Assembly (NCBI GenBank): GCA_951406725.2
Contig: OX597839.1
Span: 7,998,001 to 8,062,000, forward strand
Source of the DNA: Octopus vulgaris
Lineage: Eukaryota
DNA: 64,000 bases
Direction: 5' to 3'
This document shows, in pieces, positions 24,856-38,751 of the stretch. The notes under the pieces were generated by a model that was not told the origin of the DNA, ran no database searches, and saw only the letters and a program-made list of their open reading frames with translations. The translations under genes and the position numbers were made by a program. How positions within the stretch are numbered: position 1 is the first letter of the stretch; each line of letters opens with the position of its first letter.

Positions 24856-25029
24856 GAAGGATTTCCTAACCAGCGGAACCTGTCCTCGCCTAATAAACTG
24901 AAGAACAGGATCTCCCACCAGGTCAAATGTCTTTAAAACCCAGAATTCCCGATAAGTTCATCCGACGCCCTTGCGATTTTCCCTACGCACCACCCTATAA
25001 ATAAAAGGAACACTACGAAAATGACATCG

Positions 25030-26528
25030 GGGTTCATATTGAAAAGTGAAGGAAAATTAAACCATCGGTTATATATGGATGACTTAAAGAGCTTTTGGTA
25101 GACCGAACGCGAAATAAATGATCTGGTTTCAACAAATATTCAGTAAGGACTACAAAATGTGGTATGTTTACAATACAAAAAGCAAGGTATGGTCTGATGG
25201 TGTCGAACTACCTAACGGCGAGAAAATCAAGGATGTTGAGACGGATATAAGTGCCTGAGTATTTTGGAATATTACTAAATTAGGGAAAGTGAAATGAAGG
25301 AAAGATTTAGGTGGGAATATCTCAGAACCGAATTAAGTATTGGAAAGTTGACTCAATGGAAAGAACAAAATCGGGACGATGAACATATGGGCTGTTTCCT
25401 TAATGCGATGCGGCGCAGATAGATAACAAACAAGCTTGAAGAAGTGAATGGGAAAACGAGGGAAATGATGACTGTTAAGAAGGAACTGAACGCAAAAAGC
25501 GATATTGATAGAGTGTATGTGCCTAAGAACAATGGAGGGAGAGGTCCCAGGATTGAAGGTCTGTGTTGCCAACGAGAAGAACAGTCCCGATTGGTACATC
25601 AGCCAGGAGAGTGAATCCATGCTTGCAGCAGTTAGAAATAATAACACGATACCTACCGAAAATATGACGCACCTAAATAAGAAAAAAGATGAACAAAGAA
25701 TAAACAATAGCGAAATGAAAGCACTGCATGGGCAACACCTCAGAGAAGTTGAAATGAAAATCAAAACCAATGCTTGGAGATAGCTAAGAGGAAACGTGAT
25801 ACGAAAGGACGCTCGGATCCTTCAACACTAATTAAACCAAAGTCTAAATAGATAAAAGCAGTGAATCGCTCCATTGTAGGATCCTTAAATCCTTAAATCC
25901 TTAAAAAGGTTTCAGCCCGAAGGTTGCGGCCATGCTGGGGCACCATCGTTGAATGAGCTACACTAGTATGTGAAACCTCCTCTGATACGTGGCACTTGAT
26001 CAACAAGGGAGTTCGATGCCGCTGCCCGCATCTGTGTTTCCTGCCGAGAGGTAGGCTCATCTGGGACTCCCGACAAGAAGAGATCCAGTTTAGTTTTAAA
26101 GAAACCCACATCCACACCATGCAGGTCTCTCAGGCATTTAGGGAGGATGTTGAAGAGCTGTGGTCCTCTGAAACCCAAGCTGTTGCAGTATCTGGTCCTG
26201 TATTTTGATGGCGATGTTGGAATCTTTGGCACCATGCAGTGGCGCGCCGTTCTGCAGTTGGAGTAACTTTGAATGCCAAAGTTTGGGACAAGACCCTCCA
26301 GGATTTTCCAGATGTATATCACTGCATATCTCTCCCGCCTTCGCTCCAGGTAGAAGGGTTTTAATACTTTCAGTCTTTCCCAGTAGCTGATATGTTGCAT
26401 TGAGACGATCTTTTTAGTGTAGCTTCGTTGAATTGCTTCCAGTTCTGCTGTTAGCTTTATATTGTGTGGTGGCCATAGTTGGGATGTGTAGATGCAAACA
26501 TGAAACAATCTCACACATTGTGAGTGAT
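25030..26528 (+). pseudogene. Decayed R4/Dong-like LINE (RT through zinc knuckle), interrupted by a CR1-group insertion at 25883-26481
   Basis: INHRLYMDDLK, YKCLSILE, LNGKNKIGTMNIWAVS, KALHGQHLR, KIDKSSESLHCR | MCRCKHETISHIVS. Confidence 0.8.
25883..26481 (-). pseudogene. 5'-truncated CR1-group LINE (ORF2 C-terminus, 3' UTR, (TTTAAGGA)n tail)
   Basis: SQLWPPH...LEAIQRSYTK...SYWERLKVL...LERRRER..IYIWKIL...LFNILP...FKTKLDLFL..VPDEP; flanked by GGAT on both sides. Confidence 0.9.
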
Positions 26529-26549
26529 AACATATTGTAATCATTAACA

Positions 26550-26777
26550 ACAAAAGGCCTGAGTTTGTTTGTTTTTTTGGTGGGTGGGGGATCATTTTTT
26601 CTGGGGTGTATAGTCGACCTCGGTGTTCAACTAGTACTTACTTTATTGACCCCAAAATCATGACAGGCATCGTTTACATTAAAAGAATTTGAACTCGGAT
26701 TGTAAAAAGCCGGATGAAATGCTATGCCACTTAGCATTTTATGCGACGCACTAGCGATTTTGCGTATGCACCGCCCT
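26550..26777 (-). mobile_element. Degenerate SINE A'
   Basis: AAGGCCTGA, TAGTCGAC, TTTATTGACCCC, GAATTTGAACTC motifs in family order. Confidence 0.65.
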
Positions 26778-26832
26778 ATAAATGAAAAAAAAACAAACAA
26801 AAACAAACATCATAAAAATAATAATAGTAATG

Positions 26833-26879
<47 letters not shown>

Positions 26880-27296
26880 TGGAAAATATATAAAGAAATG
26901 CTAAATAAAATGAATAATAACAGTCCTTATGGTTTACAAAATATATATAAAAAAATTATTAAACATACCTCAAATCTCTGAATCGTAAAATAAAATATAA
27001 AGACACAAAAATAGGAGCACACGCTAACGCAAACAAACCGATGCTACATTAAGGTGGTAGCCATATATATATTTACAATGATTCTCCTATCAATACTCAC
27101 AGCCCATTTGGAAAGAGATTTAGTTTATAATCTATAAACCTAAATAATGCTAAAGAATTTTGGCTTATCTCTTAGCATTTAATATCATGTCTTTGGAGAA
27201 ACTTGCACAATGTTTCTTTTCTGGCACTTTGCAGTGGCAATGTGAATGGAAAAGGGAAAAAAATTTCCTCTAAAATATATATATACAAGTATACAA

Positions 27297-27350
<54 letters not shown>

Positions 27351-27352
27351 CA

Positions 27353-27391
<39 letters not shown>

Positions 27392-27620
27392 GCAGACACT
27401 TACATACATGGATGCACATCTATATGCAATATCAACTCGCGTAAAAATGAACAAATGTATATATATATGTATATATATACATATATATATATACATATAT
27501 ATACATATATATATATATACATATGTACACAATATTAAATTACGTAAAAGTGAAAGTAACTGTAAATATATGTGTGTGCGTTTATGTTTATAATACATAC
27601 ATACATACACACACACACAC

Positions 27621-27667
<47 letters not shown>

Positions 27668-27838
27668 CGTGTACGTGTATGTGTGTGTGTGTGTGTGCGT
27701 GTGAGGTGTGCATGTATAAATGGAATTATATGAAAAAGTGTTTGCGAATAATAATGGGCGCTATGTAATCTTTTCCGATGATATTTTTATTTGCCTGCGT
27801 GTATTACTGTATACACACACATGTATGTATATACATAC

Positions 27839-27910
<72 letters not shown>

Positions 27911-28216
27911 TTATATGCTTCCATTTTATAAAGGTGTGCCTGTATGTTCCTTAATGACGGACTATCTTATGTTGCGCAAGTATCTTCCGCTTGTATTTGG
28001 CGTACTGGGGATATTGCTATCTTATGCCTCATGCATCTCAATTGCTACAAAATATATCTATGTTTGCGTGTAATATACACAGATATGTGTGCATGTGTGT
28101 GTGTGTATTTCTTCGTGTGTGTAAATGTACAAAGTGGTACATATATATTTTTGAAAGTGTAAATACATTTACGCGTGCTTTAATTCTAAAACGCCAGGTA
28201 ATACATACATATGTAT

Positions 28217-28286
<70 letters not shown>

Positions 28287-28476
28287 CAATATACATATAT
28301 GTGTGTGTGTATATATATATATGTGTGTGTGAGTATGTATGTATATATATATATATATATATGTATATGTATTTATGTATAACGTTAATGTGAGGTGCGT
28401 GCCTGAAGGGGTGTACTTGAGGATGGTTATTTAATATGCATTACATACACGCACACATACACACAGACATATATAT

Positions 28477-28547
<71 letters not shown>

Positions 28548-28592
28548 ATTTGCATGCTATATGCATTTTCCAACTTTATAAACATATTTGCT

Positions 28593-28689
<97 letters not shown>

Positions 28690-28720
28690 TATATACATGC
28701 ATACATATATACATGCATAC

Positions 28721-28757
<37 letters not shown>

Positions 28758-28777
28758 AACATATATATATATATAAT

Positions 28778-28832
<55 letters not shown>

Positions 28833-28980
28833 AACATATATATATATATAAATATAAACATATATAAATATATATACGTATATATATATATACATATTCA
28901 TACATATATATGTACACACCACACACACATATATATATATACTTATATATATATAAATATATATATACATATATATATAT

Positions 28981-29027
<47 letters not shown>

Positions 29028-29044
29028 TATATATATATAAATAC

Positions 29045-29111
<67 letters not shown>

Positions 29112-29130
29112 CACATATATATATATATAA

Positions 29131-29193
<63 letters not shown>

Positions 29194-29278
29194 CATATAT
29201 ATATATATACACATATATATATATAAATACATATATATATATATATATACATATATATATAAATACATATATATATAT

Positions 29279-29364
<86 letters not shown>

Positions 29365-29847
29365 GTATATATATATTCCAATTCCATGCTCGGTTTTATA
29401 CTTTATTCTTCCCATCGCTTCGTGTTATGTGTGCCATCATTCTCTAATATTTCATTGTAGTTTTCCCCCGTATCTCCGATCTTTAAGCCTATTCTTTTGT
29501 ACGCAACTAAACTGAGAACATTAAAATATATAGACATCTAATATAAATACAGAGACACACAAAAACTCATATTCTTTTGTGAGTTTGTGCGTGTGTGTGT
29601 ATGTGTGTAAAGTGTGTATGTATATGTGTTAATATAAAACTTACACTCGTACAAATACAACATACACACAAATGAAAAAGAATATATAATGCGTGCGTTT
29701 GTGTGTATTTTATTAAGATATACATACGTATATATATTTGGGTTATATATATATATATATACTATATACACTTATATAATAGTGTGCAGTGATGCAAGTA
29801 AACCCACACAGAAAGATGTGTGTGTCTTAATGCATATATACGTATAC

Positions 29848-29910
<63 letters not shown>

Positions 29911-29990
29911 ATTGTGCATTTAAGTATTGTATGTGTATAAATATTTGAATGTGTGTGTGTGTATAATTGTGTTCAAGTATATATACATGG

Positions 29991-30037
<47 letters not shown>

Positions 30038-30291
30038 TGTGTGTGTGTGTGTGTATGAGTATGTAACTGAAAGAGATACTTTCATAATGGAACCGTGCCT
30101 CTCTCCTCGTTACATAACCGAAAATGTCACTATAACAGAATAGCGATTTTTTTTCGCCATTCTTTCGTTTTCCTTTTCTCTCTTCCTTTCCTGTACACAC
30201 TTGCACGTGCGCGAATACATGCAAACACCACACACACACACATACACACACACACCTACACGCATGTATATGTATAAATATATATATATAA

Positions 30292-30377
<86 letters not shown>

Positions 30378-30422
30378 CGTATAAACTTCAGTGTAGAGAC
30401 AGATCGAGAGATAGAGATGGAT

Positions 30423-30467
<45 letters not shown>

Positions 30468-31208
30468 TAGATAGATAGATAGATAGATATAGATATAAAT
30501 ATAGTTATAAATATACATATATATATGTGTGTATGTATATAAATATATATACATATATATATACACACATATATATATATATATACATATTTATATATAT
30601 ATATACATGTATACACACACATGTATATATATATAGATAGATAGATAGATAGATAGATATAGATATGGATATATATATATATGTACTCATAGACGCATAA
30701 ATTCATGCATATATGCATATATATGAATGTATACATGTGTATATAATTATAGATGTAAATAGATATATAGATAGAGTGATAAATACAGCATATATACGTA
30801 TGTATATACATGCGCACACAAGCATACGCAATCACGCACACGCACGCGCACACAAACACGCGCACACAAACACGCACATATACACCAACAATGATTCCAT
30901 TAACACAACCACCACTTAACAAATGCTGCCATTTTTACCCCCTCGTCACCACTGCTTAACCCCCCCCCCCCCTCTTATCGCCACCTCAAACTACGTCACT
31001 ACCTCCATTTTCAATATGATCATCAATACTGTTCTTCTACTCCTGCCACCCTTACCGTTCCTACTGTCGTTGCCACTTCTACTACCACCGCTACTCCGAC
31101 CACTGCCAGCTTAACCACCAACACCACCAACATCATCACCGCAAATACCGTCCCTTATTGCCTTTACCATCAGTTTCCTACGACTACTCCTAACGCTGTT
31201 GCCATTTT

Positions 31209-31626
31209 AAGGCGGCGAGCTGGCAGAAATGTTAGCACGCCGGGCGAAATGCGTAACCGTGTTTCGTCTGCCATTTACATTCTGAGTTCAAATTCCACCG
31301 AGCTCGACTTTGCCTTTCATCCTTTCGGGGTCGATAAATAAAGTACCAGTTACGCACTGGGGTCGATGTAATCGACTTAATCCGTTTGTCTGTCCTTGTT
31401 TGTTCCCTCTATGTTTAGCCCCTTGTGGATAGTAAAAAAATAGGTATTTCGTCTGCCGTTACGTTCTGAGTTCAAATTCCGCCGAGGTCGACTTTGCCTT
31501 TCATCCTTTCAGGGTCAATAAATAAAGTACCAGTTACACACTGGGGTAGATGTAATCGACTTAATCCCTTTGTCTGTCCTCGTTTGTCCCCTCTATGTTT
31601 AGCCCCTTGTGGGCAATAAAGAAAAA
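31209..31626 (+). mobile_element. SINE family A dimer with 18-bp TSD
   Basis: TAACGCTGTTGCCATTTT at 31191-31208 and 31627-31644; the second monomer starts at internal GTATTTCGTCTGCC. Confidence 0.92.
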
Positions 31627-31978
31627 TAACGCTGTTGCCATTTTTACTACGAATAACACCACGAGCTAAACAGCCATTACTACAAGGACGAATTAAAACA
31701 CCACTAGTAATACCAACAGTACTTAGGCTACCACTAGACATCACTACCGTTAAACCTAAACCAATATTTACAACGTTCACATCACAGCCATTACTAATTG
31801 CAAGCATTACCTCCCCTGTCTCGTAAAAAAACACCTTGTTGTTGCTTAGTTCAATAAATGCGCGTTGTATGTAACTTTTAAATATATTCAATTTTCTTAG
31901 AATACAGTAAATGAGGTGGGAAAAGAAAATTAAAGTAATATTAAGTAATATCAAGTAAATATTAAATAAGTAATCAAT

Positions 31979-32438
31979 AGGCACAGGAGTGGCTGTGTGG
32001 TAGCTTGCTTACCAACCACATGATTCCGAGTTCAGTCCCACTGCAAGTGTCTTCTACTATAGCCTCGGGCCGACCAAAGCCTTGTGAGTGGATTTGGTAG
32101 ACGGAAACTGAGAGAAGCCAGTCGTATATATGTATATGTGTATATATATGTGTGTGCGTTTGTGTGTCTGTGTTTGTCCCCCCAACATCGCTTGACAACA
32201 GATCGTGGTGTGTTTATGTCCCCGTAACTTAGCGGTTCGGCAAAAGAGACCGATAGAATAAGTACTAGGCTTACGAAGAATAAGTCCTGGGGTCGATGTG
32301 TGTATGTTTGTGTATCTGTGTTTGTCCCCCAACATCGCTTGACAACAGATCGTTGTGTGTTTAAGTCCCCATAACTTAGCGGTTCGGCAAAGAGACCGAT
32401 AGAATAAGTACTAGGCTTACGAAGAATAAGTCCTGGGG

Positions 32439-32530
<92 letters not shown>

Positions 32531-32750
32531 TGTGTGTGTGTGTGTTTGTGTATCTGTGTTTGTCCTCCCAACATCGCTTGACAACAGATCGTGGTGTGTT
32601 TATGTGTAACTTAGCGGTTCGGCAAAAGAGAGTCGATAGAATAAGTACTAGGCTTACAAATAATAAGTCCTGGGGTCGATCTGCTCGACTAAAGGCGGTG
32701 CTCCAGCTTGGCCGCTTTCAAATGCCTGAAACCAGCAAAAGAGTGAATGA
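31979..32750 (+). mobile_element. SINE family B with triplicated internal module
   Basis: CTGTGTTTGTCC..CATCGCTTGACAACAGATCG...AAGTCCTGGGGTCGAT occurs three times, all with the ACAGATCG variant. Confidence 0.9.
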
Positions 32751-32987
32751 GTAATTAAAGCGTATGAGGAAACAACTAATTTAGTGAAATAAATATATTT
32801 AAAACTATCCTGAAAATTGCGTAAGCCATAAGCAACTTAAAAGCGTTGCAGCCTGGTCGTCTTCCACTATATTCTCGGCTCCGCTTAATCCTTGTGGGTG
32901 GAATTGTTAGACGGGGACTGAAAGAAATCCATCGTATGTGTGTGTTTATATATATACACATAAAAAATTCAAATAAGTTATCATTAT

Positions 32988-34150
32988 AGGCGTGGGAGTG
33001 GCTGTGTGGTAAGGTGCTTGCTAACCTCTGTCGTGGATAGACGTGTTTTTCATTTTTGGCGGTGAGTCAAACGTTTTCTATTGGAATTGTTGTATGTTTA
33101 TCGTTGAATATTTTCGAACTGTTGGACATTGTCGAACTTTTAAACTTTGAAAATTTCTCTGCTTTTTCCCGGTGACGGGAGAAAGTAATTCTTTGTGTAA
33201 AGCCATTTTTGCAGTTGTGAACTGTTGACTTATTGAACTTATTAAAGCCGTTGTAGGCTATATTGTTGCCCCCCCCCCCAGCGGGGCAGGGATTTGAACT
33301 GTTATCCTCATTAAGAGGAAAGAAATATTATAGGTTTCCCGGTTTTGGGGATAATCAATTTATTACTGCGTGAAAAATTAAATTTTAGCCGTTGTAGGCT
33401 CTATTGTGGCACCCGTCCGTAGCGTGGGTGAGATTTGAACTGTTGTTCTCGTTGTGAGGGGAAAAAAATATTATAGGTTTCCCGTTTTTGGGATACTGTA
33501 TTTTTATTACTGTGTGAAAAATTTAATTTCGAACGTTGTAGGTTTTGTTGTTACATCTCGCTCCCCAGTGGGGGTGAGATTTGAACTGTTGTCCTCGTTG
33601 TGAGAAAAAATATTATAGGTTTCCCGTTTTGGGGTATTCTGTATTTTTATTATTGTGTAGAAAAAAAAATTAATTTCGAACGTTGTAGGCTTCGTTGTTA
33701 CGTCTCACCCCCCAGCGGGGGTGGGATTTGAACTGTTGTCCTCGTTGAGAGAAAAAAAGTATGAAATAAAGTAGCTTGGTTACCAACCACTTGGTTCCGG
33801 GTTCAGTCCTACTGCGTGGCACCTTGGGCAAGTGTCTTCTACTATAGCGTCGGGCCGACCAAAGCCTTGTGAGTGGACTTGGTAGACGGAAACTAAAAGA
33901 AGCCCGTCGCACATATGTATATATATATATACGTGTGTGTGTGTGTGTGTTTATGTGTACGTGCGTGCGTGTGTGTTTGTGTTTGTTCCCCCAATATCTC
34001 TTGGCAACCGATGCTGGTGTTTTTGCGTCCTTGTCACCTACCGGTTCGGCAAAAGAGACCGATAGAATAAATACTGGAGTCGAATTGTTCCACTAAGACC
34101 CTCTACTGAAGGATAGTGCTCCAGCACGGTCGCAGTCCAATGTCTGGAAC
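32988..34150 (+). mobile_element. SINE family B split by a ~740-bp cargo (33028-33767)
   Basis: Head 32988-33027; the SINE resumes at AAGTAGCTTGGTTACCAACCAC (~33769) and runs to the tail. Confidence 0.8.
33279..33760. repeat. Tandem array of ~141-147-bp units (copy 2; 3 full + 1 partial)
   Basis: Units start near 33279, 33420, 33566, 33713; unit-specific variants match copy 1 in the same order. Confidence 0.9.
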
Positions 34151-34260
34151 AGATAACGGATATCATTCAATCTATCCTGCAGCTCGATTATGGTTGCAAT
34201 GCATTGTTTCTGTGCGTGTGTCACAAGATAGGCCATAAATTTTACCGACAAACATATCTT

Positions 34261-34408
34261 CACTTTATTTATACTATTTACAGTTGACGGATATTTGTCT
34301 TCATCGTGTTTGTTGTTAACACAACGTTTCGGCTGTTATACCCTCCAGCCTTCATCGGGTGTCTTAGGGAAATTTCGAACCTGGGTTCTCATTCCTAAGG
34401 TATTTTTC
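34261..34408 (-). mobile_element. Penelope-like terminal repeat with hammerhead motif (34318-34363; core mutated to CCGATGA)
   Basis: Minus: GACAC CCGATGA A GGCTG gagggtataa CAGCC GAAA CG TT GTGTT. Confidence 0.7.
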
Positions 34409-34418
34409 CAGGCAGTGA

Positions 34419-34458
<40 letters not shown>

Positions 34459-34540
34459 CATCATAATCATAATAATAATAATAATCATAATAATAATAAT
34501 AATTATAATAATAATAATAATAATCATAATGATAGTAATA

Positions 34541-35100
34541 AATGCCCTGAAGCAATACCAGGCAGTAGCTCTCGTAGCTTCTGATCTTAATTGATTGGAA
34601 GTGTCATCATGTACATTGTTTTGTCTTAGTATAAAAGATGGGCTAAAGCAAATATTCTGCTCAATACCACAGAATTGCTTGTCAGTTGTTTGACCTTAAC
34701 CAGTTGACCATGTCCCTTAATGGATGATGTTATGTGGATCTCTGATCATGAGCAGAAGTAGTGGGGGAGCATCAATGCCATGTGTTGAGAGGAATTCTTT
34801 CGGGTTTGAATAATTCCCCTCTGGAAACATGGGTGTTTCATTCAACATCCTTAAACAACCCTTATTCAAGGACCTTTTGAGCAGGATGGGCTACTAAACC
34901 TGAAAAAATTCTATCAGGGCCCCACCTGTAAGTTCGTGCGCTATTTATCTTGATATAAGATCACCATGTCGCGCACATGTGGTTGTGATGCATGTGCCTG
35001 GTGTACCTTTATGAGACGGGTAGTAATGATGGGTATATTGGGCTTCGTATAATTGTACCCCAGTGTCACTTTGAAGGCATGCACTGCTTTCTCACTCAAT
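34541..35100. other. ~560-bp non-repetitive segment bounded by (AAT)n tracts, probably an unclassified repeat
   Basis: Sharp boundaries with microsatellite on both sides; no convincing ORF. Confidence 0.4.
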
Positions 35101-35129
35101 AACGATGATGATGATGATGATGACAGTAA

Positions 35130-35204
<75 letters not shown>

Positions 35205-35359
35205 TAATAATAATGATAATAATAATGATAATAATAATAAAAATAATAATGATAATGATAATAATAATGATAATAATGATAATAATAATAAAAATAATAA
35301 TGATAATAATAATGATAATAATAATAATGATAATAATAATAATAATAATGATAATAATG

Positions 35360-35402
<43 letters not shown>

Positions 35403-35420
35403 TGATGATAATAATAGCAT

Positions 35421-35600
35421 CGAAAAATACCTTAGGAATGAGAACTCAGGTTCGAAATTTCCCTAAGACACCTGATGAAACCTGGAGGGTATATCAGCCG
35501 AAATGTTGTGTTAACAACAAAGAAGATGAGGACGAATATCCGTCAAACGTAAATAATGTAAATAATGTACATAATTCCTCATCTCTTAAATATAGAACTG
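35421..35600 (+). mobile_element. Penelope-like terminal repeat with hammerhead motif (35467-35512); inverted partner of 34261-34408
   Basis: GACAC CTGATGA A ACCTG gagggtatat CAGCC GAAA TG TT GTGTT. Confidence 0.7.
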
Positions 35601-36071
35601 GACAATCTCACAATCAAGCGACCAATACGCTAACCACTGAGCCAAGCGCGTCTACCTCGGAAACTTCACGAACAGTTAAGCAACGATTTACCCGGATCAC
35701 AGCTCAAAGTTTTTGCAATGCAGCCATCACCCCTTGTAATGGGAGCATCATCCCAGATTTGATGATTTGATCGCCTTCTCCCCGAGTATAAACTCTGGTA
35801 CCTCACGTAACATTGCCCGCTGTTCACACAATGTTCCTCATTAGTTTTTGGCAGCATTAGAAGTTTCCGTAAAGCTTTATTCTCCGTTTCAAACATAAGA
35901 TCAGACGAAAACATTGATCTTCTGAATCTTTCATGGTTCAACATCAAACAATGTTCAATTAAACAGGTCAACATGCGGCCATGTCGCTTATTGTATGACG
36001 ATAGACTCGGAGAGGGGGGGGAGTTGGTTGGGGGATGGACGAGAAGGTAAGAGCGAGGAAGGGGTGGCTTG

Positions 36072-36072
36072 C

Positions 36073-36104
<32 letters not shown>

Positions 36105-36908
36105 CGACGGCAATGATGGTGACCGTGGTGGAGATGTCGATTATGATGATGATGATGGCGATGATGATGATGATGAAGATGATGGCGATGATGATGATAA
36201 TGATGATGATGATGATGATCTTCAAGATGATGGTGACGACGACGCTGATGATGACGATGACGAAGATGATGATATGTCGATGATGATGATGATGATGATG
36301 ACGATGATGACGATGATGGCGACGACCATGATGATGCTGATGACGACGACTGTAGAGATGACGATGATGATGATGATAACTACGACGATAATGAGGAAGA
36401 CGATGGCGATGATGATGATGATGACGATGACGATGAAGACGACGATGACGACGGCGAGGATGATGACGATGACGATGAGGATGATGATGACTATGATGAT
36501 GATGATGATGATGATGACGATGATGGCGACGACCATGATGATGTTGATGACGACGACTGTGGAGATGACGACGATGATGATGATGATAACTACGACGATA
36601 ATGAGGAAGACGATGACGATGATGATGATGATGACGATGACGATGAAGACGACGATGACGACGGCGAGGATGATGATGATGACGATGAGGAGGATGATGA
36701 CTATGATGATGATGAGGATGATGATGATGACAACGAAGATAATGAGGAAGACGATAATGATGATGATGATGATGATGATGATGAGGATAACTACGACGAT
36801 AATGAGGAAGACGATGACGATGATGATGATGACGATGACGATGAGGAGGATGATGACTATGATGATGATGAGGATGATGATGATGACTACGAAGATAATG
36901 AGGAAGAC

Positions 36909-36940
<32 letters not shown>

Positions 36941-37250
36941 CCACGACGACTATGAAGATGACGATAATGGAGATGCCAATGATGTTGATGACGATGATGA
37001 TGATGACGAAGATAGCAATGATGATCTCGATGATAGTGATGATGAATGACGACCATGGAAAACGAATGACCATGAAAAAGATGATGACGATGATGGCAAC
37101 AACGACGATGATGACGATGATGGTATTGATGATGATGGTATTGATGACGATGACGATTATGGAGATGATGATGATGATGATGAAGATAACGACGAGGAAG
37201 GGGACGATGCGGACGACGACGATGACGATGACGATGATGATGATGACGAT
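36072..37250. repeat. ~1.2-kb degenerate (GAT/GAC)n repeat with higher-order duplications
   Basis: Block GATAACTACGACGATAATGAGGAAGACGATG recurs near 36375, 36585, 36787. Confidence 0.9.
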
Positions 37251-37906
37251 AGCACTGTGGTAGGATGGTAGTACAGCTGTTGATTGCAGAGGTGATTGTG
37301 ATGGTGACTAGTAGCTGTGGGGTGGGGAGGACGACATCGGTGGTAGTGATCATGATGAAGATGATGGTGATGAAATTGATGATGGTGATGATGATGTTAA
37401 TGATAAGTGATGATGATCATGAGGAGGAGGAGGAGGAGGAGCAATATGATGGTGGTGGTGATGATGATGATGACGATGATGATGATAGTGATGATAATCA
37501 TGATCATCAGGAGGAGGAGGATTATGATGATATATATATCATCGACGACAATGATGATGGTGGCGGTGGTGACGGTGGTGGTGATGGTGGTGGAGGTGGT
37601 GGTGATGATGATGATGATCACAATGATGACAGCGATGATGATAATGTGATGGTGGTGGCGCTGGTAGTGGTGCTTGTGGCTGTGGTAATAGTGGTGGTGG
37701 TGGTGGTGGTGGTGACGATGATGGCGATAATGAAAACGGTTGATGACATCGTTCCAAGTATACAGTGCATATATATCATTGCGTATATCATCAAAAGATA
37801 GCAAAACACAGGAAACAAACAACAACAGAGGAGCTGGAGAAAAAAACAAAACAAAAAAACAAGCAACAACAAATATGTGGATTATGGGACTTGTAGAATA
37901 GGGAAC

Positions 37907-37960
<54 letters not shown>

Positions 37961-38023
37961 TGTATAGGGAATTGCTGAGCAATAAAACTGTAAATACGTT
38001 TTGTGTGTGAATATACATTACAT

Positions 38024-38086
<63 letters not shown>

Positions 38087-38163
38087 CTATATATATATAT
38101 ATATAAAGATGGGGAGATGTAAATACATATGTAGAGGAAAATAAACTGAAAAGACAACCAGAC

Positions 38164-38199
<36 letters not shown>

Positions 38200-38207
38200 A
38201 TACATAC

Positions 38208-38238
<31 letters not shown>

Positions 38239-38334
38239 ATATATATATATGTATATATATATATATACATATATGTTTATGTATATATATATTTATAAAT
38301 ATATATATGTATATATATACATATATATTTATAC

Positions 38335-38379
<45 letters not shown>

Positions 38380-38536
38380 AATACATATAAATAAATATAT
38401 ATATACATAAATATATGCATCTATATATATATATATGTTTATGCATGTCTATATATATATATACATACATGCATATACATATATATATATATAAATATAT
38501 ATATTTGTATATATACATGGATATTCATACATATAT

Positions 38537-38591
<55 letters not shown>

Positions 38592-38751
38592 TCACACATA
38601 TGCTTATTCATGAACATTACATATCTATATCACATGTATATATTTCCGTGTAAAATGCATATTCTGCTTCTGGGTGTGAACGATGAGTCAGTTGCATGTG
38701 TACATATATACATACATACATATATAATATATATATATATATATATATTCT

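Noticed and set aside
35666-35974. 102-aa non-repetitive minus-strand ORF as a host exon
   Set aside because: No ATG start, recognisable motif or clear splice pair; cannot be supported without homology or RNA data
35968-37353. 461-aa His-rich and 422-aa Met/Asp-rich ORFs
   Set aside because: Overlapping frames on both strands of a degenerate (GAT)n tract; no splice or codon evidence
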